Notes under the pieces: model-generated
Database searches by the model: none
Told to the model about the DNA's origin: nothing
The model's input: only the letters and a program-made list of their open reading frames with translations
Source of the DNA: Auanema rhodensis
Lineage: Eukaryota > Animalia > Nematoda
Length of the DNA: 64,000 nt
Assembly: GCA_964057225.1 (NCBI GenBank)
Contig: OZ059895.1
Location: 5,022,001 to 5,086,000, forward strand
Direction of reading: 5' to 3'
Part shown: positions 30,714 through 44,600 of the stretch, one piece after another
Layout: each line of letters opens with the position of its first letter
How positions within the stretch are numbered: position 1 is the stretch's first letter
Program-made: the position numbers and the translations under genes

Positions 30714-31046
30714 TTTTCTGTAAAAATTATTCTGGTTTATTTACTTATAAAAACAAAAATATATGCGAGTGTGGATATCATTAATTAAATAATTTTATCT
30801 TTTTTTTAAGGATCAACACACGTGTACAGGTATAATTATACATTAAATAATAATTAACTTTCGCTATTTTTTGTAAATGTTTTTTTAAAAAAAACTTGTG
30901 CAATATCTCATCTTTTGCATTATTTTTGTTCAATAAATCTTTCGCTTTTTCCTTTTTTATTATTATAACTTATTTATAAAATGTTAAAGATAATAATATA
31001 AAAAATAAAAATTATTTACTTATAATTAAAATAATTTCAATGTTAT

Positions 31047-31226
31047 AACCTTAAGAGATAACATCATGGCTATTATGATTATAGTAATTGAACAATTTCC
31101 GACAAAAAAAATATTTTTTTTACAATGTGAATGACACGTGTAGATGAGGTATGCTGACCACCTGATAGATCTGTTCATTTTATATTCTAATTTTATGATT
31201 ATTAGCTATATCATATAGTTACAATA
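31047..31226 (-). repeat. Copy 2 of the 180-bp inverted duplication (downstream of the nuclear receptor)
   Basis: Reverse complement of 28449-28628. Confidence 0.93.
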
Positions 31227-32419
31227 CAGTATTTCATAAAATGAAATAGAAAAAAAACAACCAAGAATTCTCGAATAAAAATAATTTTCTTTGATTCATC
31301 AAAGTTTTCAATAAATCAAAGAAGGTCACTGAAATTTTTTTTCATAAGCAAGAGTATATAGAAGTTAGAAAATTCTACAAGTTTATTCCACTTGAAGCAT
31401 TCCTCTTTCGATCTCCCACTTCCTCCCACTTTCAACATACTTTTCCGGTCTCTTCCAAGTTTTCTAATATACTTGTTCTGTCTCCTCATTTCCTGCAATC
31501 TTTATGTAGTAATTGTCTGATCCTTTTTATATGTATATACTCATTTTCGTCTAATATATGAATATGAAAGCAAACCAGCGTTACATTCTGAAGATGCGTG
31601 TTGTAATTAACTGAAATTGCTGTTAGATGGCCTCCTGGCTATGTATGGTTTCGAGATTCGGGCAACTCAACTATGCAATGACATGCTTCAGCCTATTCAA
31701 TGCTGTAAAGTTCTAACTGAATATGCAAATGTAGACATTTTTTCATGTAAAATTAATCAAACATATATTTTAACCGCCAAGGTAACAGTATTCTATTTGA
31801 ATATTTTTCTAATATTTTTAACATTTCTAACAAACATTTACTATTTATTCTTGTTATTATATCAATAAACAAATAATTTAATTAACTTTATTTTAATTTA
31901 TATTAAATACAATTAATTGATTAGGTTATAAATGAAACTTTAAAATTAATACTATCATACTACGTTTCAGTTTATGTGTATACAAGTCATCTATTAGATT
32001 AAACAAATTTTCTTAAATATGACCAGTTCGTTATATTTCATTCGTAATTCCGTCATATACTAATACATTTGAAAGTACCAATATTCTTTCCATTACCGTA
32101 TTCCTGTCTGATCGACCTCTTCACTATTTCTCGTCGTCTTTTTACTACGTTTTTCTCCCCGTTCAAATAACCTCCTTGAAGCTTCTGAGGTCAATCAGCT
32201 ATTGTCAACCTAGCTGAAACTTGTCATTCTCCGGCAAGATATTTGTGTTTTCTTACTTCAATTTTTGAGTAATAAACGAATTGTAATGAAAACACTGAGA
32301 ATTTTAGACATATTTTATCAGTTTCTCTTTGTAACTATACATATTTATGTTTTTACTATTATTTTACTTTTTTTTGTTTTAGATAATTTTTTATTTATTA
32401 AGCTGTTTCAGTAAGAGTA

Positions 32420-33573
32420 ATGTTAAAACTATTTTGGGATGGATTAGCTAGTCCTAAAGTTGCTATCAGTCTGTCAGTTTCCGCTGTTTTATCTGCAGCA
32501 GCTTTTTTTCCTTTGATTGTTGTGCAAACCATGTTTTCGTTTTCCAACATTGAACATAAAGACTGCATGGTAACGTTTATAAAAACAATCCAACTGTTAT
32601 TATATTAATTATTTATTTATCAAATAAAGAAAAATAATATGTTATTCAGATCCTCTTAGGAAATCTTGGCAGACAAGCTCGTGAAATAACATCTGGTTAT
32701 GATATTTCATTGCGTTCAAAAAGACAAATGGCTTGTAAGTTTCTAATTTTAAATTATCTCCAATTTTCTGTTTCACACTCTTAGTTACTTTTTAGCATGT
32801 TGTATTGGACCACCAGGGTTGACAGGATATCCAGGCAAACCATCTCCTGATGGTATGGATGGCTATCCAGGTAATTGCTCTATTTTTGATTATGCTATTT
32901 AACAATTAATACGTAATATAGGAAAGCCGGGACAGCCAGGAATTCCTGCCGATCAAGATCCAAGGTCATTGTGTGAACGGGAATGCCCGATAGGTCCACC
33001 TGGGTAACACTTAAAAGAGCTTGCCCTTTACATTAGAGTGTTATAGAAATTCGGGTGAAGACGGACCTAAAGGAGATTCTGGGAGACGGGGGCGACCGGG
33101 CCTTTCTGGCATACCAGCTGAACCCTCACCTCAGGGACCGCCAGGAGAAGTGGGGGAGCCTGGATTTGACGGTTTGCCGGGAAGACCAGGGGACAGGGGA
33201 GAGCCGGGAAAGTTGTATACAGCTGATGGGCCCCCGGGCAAAGAAGGAGAAATAGGACCTCCAGGACCTCCAGGACCTAAAGGAAAACGTGGTAGAGAAG
33301 GTCTAGATGGTAGATACCTAGTTTATACATGGCTTTGAGTTTTATATGTTTAAGGTGAGCTAGGTTTGCCGGGTGAACGTGGTGACGAAGGGTTAAAAGG
33401 AACTCGTGGACAACGAGGACGACAAGGACCACCCGGACCTCCAGGTATTCATAATTTGATAATATAAATATAATATTAATACATGTTTACACTTAGGACT
33501 ACCTGGTCCAAAATGGCCATGTGAGAACTGTCCACAGCCAAGAGTTTCTCCAGGATATTTTCAAAGCAAATAA
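32420..33573 (+). CDS. Nematode cuticle collagen; multi-exon
   Basis: Hydrophobic N-terminus, furin site RSKR, Cys cluster, Gly-X-Y runs ([19 protein letters not shown]-type) and C-terminal [14 protein letters not shown]. Confidence 0.92.
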
Positions 33574-34822
33574 AGAATTATAATGAAAGTAGTAGTTTAA
33601 GATTTGGCTAGAAAAGCAAGATATTCGTGATCTTCTATGTATATACATAAGTCATCGTTCTCTCATCTTGTTATGACATTCATAACCATTTTCCCCAAAT
33701 ATTTTATTTTTTACTTAGTTAAAATAAATTTTTGAAATAATTTTTATTTAACTTCTACATGTTTTTGAAAAACTTCTAGAAAAAAATAATACTTGAACTT
33801 GATAGTTAATGTTAAAAATAAACAATTTAGAATTAATATTTAAATTCTTATTTTATATTAATTTTATGAATACTATTTGTATATATATATATAAGAAAAA
33901 TAGTTTTAAACTTAAAATTGGTTAATAGGTAACATTAACCTTCTTTATGTTATAACATAATGAGACAATTAAAGAAAATGGATCTTTTGAATAGAACTTA
34001 ACTTTTTTTTTGTAACATTAATGGTAAAGAAGAAAATCAAAAAGTACGGCAATGGCTTGAGATGAATGAATTGATGAAAACTATAAAGAAATTTGATGAG
34101 TAAAAATGAAATAACATGAAGCAATTGTATAAGAAGCACTACCTGTTTTCAAATTCAATTCTATTTAGGAAAGTTTTAACTATGTTCAAAGTAAACAAAG
34201 TGGATAATTGATAGGATTATCGAAAACAAATTTCTAAAAGTATTCAGATATAGATATGAGAAATTAATATTATCTGAGGTATGGTACCACTGTTCTGTGA
34301 TGATTTTCAAGCAGAATACAAGTGCGGCTGTATAGTTTTCGGTTTTTTCGTGCTTCACTGATCAAGCGAATTTTTCCGGAAATCGCATGCTTTTCTCAAT
34401 AATGTCCAAGTATTTCTTAAATGATTTGATCAAGACACAATTTTTTTTCTGTCTTGTCTAAATGAGATAAAGATCTAAAAAGGGAAGTGAAATGAGAGGA
34501 AAAGAAAGGATTTAAAACATTTTTCATTTTTTCTTCATGTCATTCCAATGTTTCTCATTTCTCTTTAATCCAGCTAAAAAATTTTTCATGTCTTTTCGTG
34601 ACCTTTTCAGTTTCATCTTCGACACAGTTTATGACGGCAGATTACGAAAAGCCCGAAATCTTCTCAGTATATAAACAGCATAAGCTTTTAATTATTTAGT
34701 GTTGAACATAATTAAAATATTGATTAATTGTCTTAATTTAAAATGAAAGTTTAAATATTTTTTGAATACTATAATATTTTTTAACTGTTACATATAATTA
34801 ACTTCAAATTTATAGAATTACC

Positions 34823-35875
34823 ATGGTTCAAGTTGCCGTTTATATGGCTACTATAGCTTCAGCGTTTTCTATTTTCGTGTGCTTAGCGGGATGGATTGTA
34901 ATTTCAAACGATATAAATGAAATGTATGATGATGTTATGCTGAATATAAATCAATTTAAGGTAGTTAACATAAATAATTTCACTTGTAACATCTATACTT
35001 CTATAGTATGTCTCTGAAGATGCTTGGAGTCATATTTTACAATTTCATGGAACTCATTCTGAAAGAGACGCATTCATTAATCTTCTTGGAAGGCGCAAAC
35101 GTGATTCTACGGTTTGCAGTAAGTTTTATGACATTTATATATTGTACTTTATTTGTTTAAGGTTGTGGACTTCCTAGTCAGGGCTGTCCTGCTGGACCAC
35201 CAGGTCCGCCAGGACAAGCTGGAGAACCTGGAAGTATTGGTCCTGACGGTAACAATGGACCTCCAGGACCACCAGGACTAGCCATATTCGATTCTCCACC
35301 TATTTCTCGTGGGTGTATTGTATGTCCTGCAGGTCCTCCAGGAGAAGTGGGTGCTATTGGACATGAAGGGCCGATAGGAAGGGATGGACAACCAGGAAAA
35401 CGCGGACCACCTGGAAAAGATGGCCTCCAGGGTGAGAGGGGTGAACCTGGAGCACCAGGTGAACCAGGACGTCCAGGACAAGTAGTTTTAAATTGTAAAT
35501 TATTGACTTATAATTTTTGATTAGGATGGAATACTAGGATCCAAAGGAAAAGAATGCTTAACTGGAAAAGGTCTTCCCGGAAATCCTGGTAGACCTGGCA
35601 TACCAGGAGAACTTGGCCCTGATGGCAAAAACGGAAACCATGGAGAACCTGGAGAAGAAGGACGACCTGGTCCCACTGGATCACCCGGATTAGATGGAAT
35701 TTCAGGAACACCAGGAGAGTTTGGAGTTGTAAGTTTTAGCATTCTATTCTTTCTTGTAACCTTAACATATTTGAAGCCCGGACAACCTGGCAAACCAGGA
35801 GAAGACGGAGAATATTGCACATGCCCAGAGAGAAGTCGTCGACGCAGAAAACTTCGTCGTATTTTTATTCATTAA
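34823..35875 (+). CDS. Nematode cuticle collagen; multi-exon
   Basis: Col_cuticle_N-type start [21 protein letters not shown]...[20 protein letters not shown] site, [20 protein letters not shown] and [19 protein letters not shown] at ~34669. Confidence 0.93.
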
Positions 35876-36219
35876 GAAACATTAATAATAAATATTTAAA
35901 TAAAAACAGAAATATATCCTTAGAAACTAAAGAAATTGAAGAAAAAGAAAAAGAACAGTGCAGTTCCCTTGCAGGGTAAAGGTAAGCTGGTAAGCGCACA
36001 TAATGAAACTTGAATTTCGAACAACTTCAAACTTTTAAATTTATTTATTCATAGAGAGAATTTATTTCATACTTTAGAAACCAAAAATTTAAATAGTTTT
36101 TTGGATATATAGATTTGAATTTATCTTATAACAGGTGATATATTAAATATAAAGCGATTTTCCCGTACAAACATATGAACATATCTGAGTAAAATAAATG
36201 TATAAACCATTATATAATA

Positions 36220-37524
36220 TTAGAATTCTCTATCGTAATAAGTATTCTTGTTTGAACACATTGTTGTATTAACAAAATGAAGACGAGTATTAAGAGCTGC
36301 TACAGGAGACACAAATCCATGTTTTTCTAGAAGTTGCTCTACTTGATTTTTATATTTCTTATCATAAACTTTCTGATCTCTTGTTAAAACCTGAATAAAA
36401 AACAAATGATAATCTTGAGAAGTCAATATCTCAAATCTGACCATAGTTGGGTATTTTACTGGAGTACTGAGAATCATATACTCGTATTGTCCTTTACTAT
36501 TAACTCCACCAACCATAACAGGGAAATCTGAAACAATTTTCGTTCTGAATTGCATGAATAAAATCAATATTTTACATGGGCATGGATCTTCAGGATGGCC
36601 AGTCGATACAAGTACTTCACCTGGATCGGGACCCATCATACGCCCATATCCGACATATGATACCACATCTTCGTTCTTCAATACATACTGAGTTGACGTA
36701 AAGGTTGAAGTAAATTCATTTTGTCCCAATGATTCAACTGAAAATTCTATCCGTTATTCGACTAAAGAAGATAACACTCCAACTTACAATAGAAAACAGC
36801 ACAATCGTCCTTGTGAATGTTACGAGAATCAACTACCTAAATGATAAAAATCATGCTAATCGACCTATTCCTATTTTTTTAAAATATCATTCAAATTGAT
36901 ATTTTTTCTTTCGTAATATTACTTTCAACAATTTTCAATTGTCGAATTAATACTTTATAGATACTTTAAAGATTTTAAGCCTTAAAATCATTTCATAGTT
37001 GATGTTTAGGCTCGAAAAGCCTAAACAGAATTTGAAGATTCGCTTACCCGGTACCATTTTCCCATAATACGTTCAATTTGAATATCAACCATAGCAAAGA
37101 ATATTCCATTATAAATTTTTTGAGCAACTTCTTCTGCATTAAAAGATTGCATAATCTAAATATAAACTTCAAGTTCAAGTTCATAAATAAAAGTTAGGGG
37201 AAAGGGAAAAAGTTTTAATTTAATGTTACCTCAGCTAGTTGATCCATGCGAAAATCACGTTTTTGAATTGGTCGGCAAGAAGCTGCATAGTTTTCAAATA
37301 AACGTAGAATTGGTACCCGTCTTCCAGGTACAGGAATGCCTCCAACTACTGGATGAGCTAAAAAAATAAATTCAATTAAAACATATAATTCTTTATTATT
37401 AAACTTAAATTTTAAATGAAATATTAAAAATAAAATAATGACAAACTTAAGAAAAATATTAAAACATACCAATAGAAGTTACTGAATCAAAGACAAGACA
37501 TATAATAAATATTCTTGAGATCAT
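36220..37524 (-). CDS. Lipocalin-related protein (lpr-1/lpr-2-like); multi-exon
   Basis: Signal peptide MISRIFIICLVFDSVTS, lipocalin GxW motif ERIMGKWY, TGHPEDPCPY and QYEYMILSTPVKYPTMVLTRD. Confidence 0.85.
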
Positions 37525-38603
37525 AGTAGTTCCAAAAAGATGATGTCAGTAAATAAAAATATAAATAATTGATTGTTTATTTATATTAATTAGTATTAAA
37601 AATAGCTATGAATATGATATTCTATGAGATATAATATCCTGCTGAAAACTTCTCAATGTTTCCGTACTGACGATTTCTTCAACCATCGTCATTCAGATGA
37701 CCTTGCCGTAGTTGACCCAGTGACATGGAATTGGGTAAAGAGGTACTGTAAAGGTAGGGAACATGAAAATGATCACATGCGTGCTATCGCAGATTATTCT
37801 CAACAACCAGTTGTTCTCTTATTATAGTATGGATGGATACATTTTCAAAACGTTATAAGTTGCTATTAACCATATCTTTCAAGTAAGAAACATGAATTTT
37901 CTCATGTTCAAGCATTTCCACCAGATTCATACGATTCATAGACTATCTATTAATTTTTTGATGCAAAATTAATTAATTTTAGTAAGAACATCCAATTTTA
38001 ATCTTCAATGAAATACAATTTGAAATACTTCATATAATATTATTTATTTCCAACTAAACAAATAAAGCATACAACCATCATGGGGATAATAATCAAGGCA
38101 ATCAAAAGAGTGAATGCGTGTTGGAAACCATAGACAAAACGACATCAGTTTGAAACTTTAGTAACATTTATCGCAAGCAGATCGATCGATCATTTTCAAA
38201 CTGAGATAAGAGAATAACACACAAATAGCGGAATTATGCAATATTATACACTATTAAGCAGAGCCAAAGGAAGTGCGCATAGAACGTGAGAGGCTCTAAA
38301 ATTGGCTCATGCAATAGCATTGGATACAACAACTTTTATCAGCTCATAGTCAAAGACAGATGAGAAAAAAAATTATGCTATTAATAGACACTAGAAGAAG
38401 ATAAAAGTTGCTTTATCAAAATCGTTCGAAATCGGCGAGTCTCGCAACGGAATGAAAAAATTCACGTATCGTACGAAAAGAAAGAGAGCGAAAGGCATGG
38501 CGTAGACCAAACATTAAGTTTTGTTGACCACATAATGTATAAGGAAAACAGCACGGTTTTGTCGGGTTCTACATTGAACATGTTTTTTTCTATGAATTGA
38601 AAC

Positions 38604-41600
38604 TTAGTTAGTAGTTTCTTGGCGGACTTCGATCTTCTCAACAGTCATGTCAGGATTCATTTTAGTTGCATCTTGAATGGCTTGACTGAGCTCCTGAAAT
38701 ACCAACATTAACTGTCTAATTACAATTATTTAAAACATACCGCATCGTAATCTATGGCAGCATCGGAGTGAATAGTAACTCGATGTTCCACGTGAGTTTC
38801 AATTATACCATCCTTTTCCGTTTTGTAAGTGATGGTTTCGATAGTTCGATTTCCGCAAGTAACAGTTTTAGATGAGACAAATTCCCCAAGAGGCTAAAAT
38901 AGATAATAAATCTCAACATTAAATGAAATTATTTACATCATTTTGGTCTCTATCTGCATTATCTTCGTAAGTAAGTGTTCTAGTATGTGTCTCCACAACA
39001 GGACCTTCCTTTGGTGTTCCTAATGGTGTTGTCTGCTCACGAATACGTTCAACAGAAACATTTTCCTAAACAAATGAATTATGTCGGTTCAAATGAAGGT
39101 TTCAAGTAAACACTTACTGGTAGACTATCATCAGGAACGACATAGTTTTGGAAAGTTTGTTTTTGAACGGTATGCTTGACTTGAGAAGTTTTGACAGTTC
39201 GACTAAAGAATATAAATTAATGTTACAGAGTGATACTAAAAAAGACAAACGTGATTTTATTTCCATGTTCATCATATTCAACTGTGACGTCATCTGGTAA
39301 TATATTAGTCTCTTGCCAACTTGAAACAGTGAGATGGCGTTGCCCGCTCTCCTAAAAGTCGTATGGTTAGATATTTCCATGAATGTAAGCGATTGGGCAG
39401 TACTAAACCAAGAAGTATCAAAGTGACTTATAGCAAGCATCGGATAGCTTCCAAGAATCTTATGCTTTTATTAGCGTTAAAAATGTGTAATAGATTCATT
39501 GCCCCTACTATAACTAGTGGGCTCTTCTCTTCACGATATTAAGCTATAATCCTAACTAGACCAGGCAGGATAAACACAGTAAATGAGCATTGGATTCAAA
39601 CACAAGAAGGCAAAATAACTAAATATACACGAAGCTCGCATAAACTAAGACTGGGCTAACAATAGCAGCAGATCTAATGATCTAATCCGTTTTAGGCTCT
39701 AGTATGGGTCAGGACATTTGATGTTAGATAAATAAACATTCTTTGCGATTTAAAAGCCATCAAAGATATGCATTCAGAATTGCGATGAGCTAATGCGAAC
39801 AGAACTAATCAGATCTAAGTCCAAGTGCAGCTTCCAAGCAGAAATATCGAATGATCGGAAAGTCGGCAGCATAGTGGACTGGATGGCGCTTGAAAACAAA
39901 CAAGGATCTTGGTAAGTACTTGGTTATAGCTGCAAACGAAGACGAAGCGACATGTTGTAGCAAGTGACATCAGCGGTTGAGCCTACTACTATTGGGTACC
40001 TCGAAGGAGACCGGAAAAGGTGCCATAGCGCGCACAGTAAAGGTGCGCTCGGCCTGTTCAACTCGTGGACTGCTGTGGTTGAGGCGCTCAGCCTCGGCCA
40101 AAGTAGTTGCAAGTGACTAAATAACGACAAATCTACTCAAAATTGGTCTCTTAAGATATTATCATGAATACAAAATATAGTTTCTATGTTGTAGTGTCTG
40201 CTCAGCGGTTTGTTGGGTAGTGATGAAACCGCTATCTGCACACAACGCACGCAAAAAGATAAATAACAGTGAAAACAAAGTGGAAAGATAGAATGAAAAC
40301 CACACCGGATCATTCGGGTTGAAGCCCGACGATGAGCCTTCTCCTTTCAAGTGATATTTGAGCTCATTCGTCTCGCGGCGAACCACTTTGGCATCGGCAA
40401 GATGAGTCGAAGGTAGAATGCCAGGATTTTTGCCCTATATATGAAACCCGCAATAGAAAGTAATGTGTCGACAAAACAGATTCAGAATATTAAAAATAAT
40501 ATCATATTCGCAACATTCCGAAAAAAGAATACCAACATGCTTTCAATAAACAACTTATAAACGTTCTCATGAAGTAGATTAGTTATAATCATGAACAGTT
40601 ATTTGAAAAAAATTAACGTACCTCTGGTTCAGGACAAATGGTAACCATCTTTTGTTCATCTTCACTGGAAGAAGAATCACTTGAATCATTCTCTTTAACT
40701 CCTTTGTCCTTTTTGCCCTTAGTCTGAAAATATAGAATATAATATTAGAATTCCAGTAAATTTAACAGTTAATCATATTCGCTGATGAGTACTAGAATAC
40801 AACATATTGTTGGTATCACATCAATACTTCACGTACGTTTTTTCTGAAGTTCTCTGCTAGATGCAAGAGAGAAAACAAACATAATTCTATAGAACACTCA
40901 AAACTATAAGATAGACTAATTCTTGTCAGCTCGCACCACAATTTTTGCTTCTCGAGAAAAACGTGAAGTATTCATGATAATATTAAACATCAAAAATAGA
41001 ACTTTGTACTCATCAGCGACGCACAGTTTCTACTAAACTTCGCTCATATCATTGTTTTCACAAGCGTGCATATGGACTAAACAAAAACAACAAAGAAGGT
41101 GCTGTAGCTAAAATTTTGCAAAGAAGCGGAAGCTATAAACATGACAATCACAGCTATACAAGGAACTTCGTAGATGCCAGAAGATAAACATCAAATTGTG
41201 CAAGCATCGAAATGATAAACTTCTAAGTAGGCAACTGATCAAAACGATACAAAGTTTTGAAAGGTTAGGATCTTGAACAAATATTATAGTATGAAAGAAC
41301 AAAACATTGAACGTAAGAAACAGAACGATACAACATCCAGGTTAGAGCTACTTTGGAACCCAGGTGAAACTGTGATATTAACAGAAAAGAAGGAGAAAAT
41401 GAACTAATCACCTTAAAGCCCAAGCGGCTTAAAAAAGATCGGCCAGTGGGTGCCATTGGTGGTGGAGTAGCAGTGAATATAAGCCCTCCGTCATCTTCAG
41501 AAACAGCTCCTAACCCCGCCCCTGACAAACAAAAAACGGGCTCAAGTTGGATCTCCACCCTTCTCTCAACTCTGACTTCGATCCATTGTTGACCATCAAT

Positions 41601-44600
41601 TGTAGTACCTTCCGAATGAAAACTGTGATGTGAGACACGATTTCCGCATTCAGCCACAACTTTTTCAGAAGAAACATTTGAAACCTTCAGATCTTCAGAA
41701 CAACCATTTTTATCTCGAAAACATACATCGTTCCGAGCAATATTGATTGATCGAGAAATAGGAAAATTTTCCAAGTCCCGATGTGGCGCAAAATCATCTA
41801 AAGGTCCATCATATTTGTCAGACACTGGATAGGCTGCAAGTTCGTTAGTCTTAACTCCTGGCTTCAAGAATCCGAATCTCTTGCTTGAAGATTCACGAGT
41901 CTTACTGGTAGTCTTTTCAGGAGTAGATTCGGTTTCGTCAGGAACAATACGTGCAATGAGTCTAACTTCAGACTTCTCTTCGGTATCAGCAGAAGTAGAA
42001 GGTCCGGATTTCAGGTGTAAGATGGCCTTTTTCTTGCTGTCGGATGGAGCAGCAGCTGGCTTACTCTTTAGCCAAGACTGACCATGATGGTAGACATTGG
42101 TATGGTCTTTGAGTGGAGTAGAGTCCAAGTCACATTCCCTGTTAGTCTCTTCAAGAGGTCCGTCATAAGATGTTGAAGCAAATCCGTAAGATTCGGGTTG
42201 GACATGCTCTTTTTCGACAACGTCTTCATCACCGTCATGGCGAATTTGGGTAATGAATCGGAAGCGACGTTCCTCTGTTTCAGAGCTTGACACAGGAGAT
42301 TCAACAGTTTTCTTGGGACTATATGCAACTTGTGGAACGTTCTCGAGTGGAAGGTTTTCCAAGTCACGGTGTGGCTCAACATCATCTAAAGGTCCATCAT
42401 ATTTGTCAGACACTGGATAGGCTGCAAGTTCGTTAGTCTTAGTCTTGCGAGCTCCTGGCTTCAAGAATCCGAATCTCTTGCTTGAAGATTCACGAGTCTT
42501 ACTGGTAGTCTTTTCAGGAGTAGATTCGGTTTCGTCAGGAACAATACGTGCAATGAGTCTAACTTCAGACTTCTCTTCGGTATCAGCAGAAGTAGAAGGT
42601 CCGGATTTCAGGTGTAAGATGGCCTTTTTCTTGCTGTCGGATGGAGCAGCAGCTGGCTTACTCTTTAGCCAAGACTGACCATGATGGTAGACATTGGTAT
42701 GGTCTTTGAGTGGAGTAGAGTCCAAGTCACATTCCCTGTTAGTCTCTTCAAGAGGTCCGTCATAAGATGTTGAAGCAAATCCGTAAGATTCGGGTTGGAC
42801 ATGCTCTTTTTCGACAACGTCTTCATCACCGTCATGGCGAATTCGGGTAATGAATCGGAAGCGACGTTCCTCTGTTTCAGAGCTTGACACAGGAGATTCA
42901 ACAGTTTTCTTGGGACTATATGCAACTTGTGGAACGTTCTCGAGTGGAAGGTTTTCCAAGTCACGGTGTGGCTCAACATCATCTAAAGGTCCATCATATT
43001 TGTCAGACACTGGATAGGCTGCAAGTTCGTTAGTCTTAGTCTTGCGAGCTCCTGGCTTCAAGAATCCGAATCTCTTACTCGAAGATTCACGAGTCTTACT
43101 GGTAGTCTTTTCAGGAGTAGATTCGGTTTCGTCAGGAACAATACGTGCAATGAGTCTAACTTCAGACTTCTCTTCGGTATCAGCAGAAGTAGAAGGTCCG
43201 GATTTCAGGTGTAAGATGGCCTTTTTCTTGCTGTCGGATGGAGCAGCAGCTGGCTTACTCTTTAGCCAAGACTGACCATGATGGTAGACATTGGTATGGT
43301 CTTTGAGTGGAGTAGAGTCCAAGTCACATTCCCTGTTAGTCTCTTCAAGAGGTCCGTCATAAGATGTTGAAGCAAATCCGTAAGATTCGGGTTGGACATG
43401 CTCTTTTTCGACAACGTCTTCATCACCGTCATGGCGAATTCGGGTAATGAATCGGAAGCGACGTTCCTCTGTTTCAGAGCTTGACACAGGAGATTCAACA
43501 GTTTTCTTGGGACTATATGCAACTTGTGGAACGTTCTCGAGTGGAAGGTTTTCCAAGTCACGGTGTGGCTCAACATCATCTAAAGGTCCATCATATTTGT
43601 CAGACACTGGATAGGCTGCAAGTTCGTTAGTCTTAGTCTTGCGAGCTCCTGGCTTCAAGAATCCGAATCTCTTGCTTGAAGATTCACGAGTCTTACTGGT
43701 AGTCTTTTCAGGAGTAGATTCGGTTTCGTCAGGAACAATACGTGCAATGAGTCTAACTTCAGACTTCTCTTCGGTATCAGCAGAAGTAGAAGGTCCGGAT
43801 TTCAGGTGTAAGATGGCCTTTTTCTTGCTGTCGGATGGAGCAGCAGCTGGCTTACTCTTTAGCCAAGACTGACCATGATGGTAGACATTGGTATGGTCTT
43901 TGAGTGGAGTAGAGTCCAAGTCACATTTCCTGTTAGTCTCTTCAAGAGGTCCGTCATAAGATGTTGAAGCAAATCCGTAAGATTCGGGTTGGACATGCTC
44001 TTTTTCGACAACGTCTTCATCACCGTCATGGCGAATTCGGGTAATGAATCGGAAGCGACGTTCCTCTGTTTCAGAGCTTGACACAGGAGATTCAACAGTT
44101 TTCTTGGGACTATATGCAACTTGTGGAACGTTCTCGAGTGGAAGGTTTTCCAAGTCACGGTGTGGCTCAACATCATCTAAAGGTCCATCATATTTGTCAG
44201 ACACTGGATAGGCTGCAAGTTCGTTAGTCTTAGTCTTGCGAGCTCCTGGCTTCAAGAATCCGAATCTCTTGCTTGAAGATTCACGAGTCTTACTGGTAGT
44301 CTTTTCAGGAGTAGATTCGGTTTCATCAGGAACAATACGTGCAATGAGTCTAACTTCAGACTTCTCTTCGGTGTCAGCAGAAGTAGAAGGTCCGGATTTC
44401 AGGTGTAAGATGGCCTTTTTCTTGCTGTCGGATGGAGCAGCAGCTGGCTTACTCTTTAGCCAAGACTGACCATGATGGTAGACATTGGTATGGTCTTTGA
44501 GTGGAGTAGAGTCCAAGTCACATTCCCTGTTAGTCTCTTCAAGAGGTCCGTCATAAGATGTTGAAGCAAATCCGTAAGATTCGGGTTGGACATGCTCTTT

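Noticed and set aside
31300-31870. Slightly GC-richer stretch with short ORFs beside the inverted-repeat copy; possible TE relic or displaced exon
   Set aside because: No transposase or RT motif and no convincing splice signals; needs a database search.
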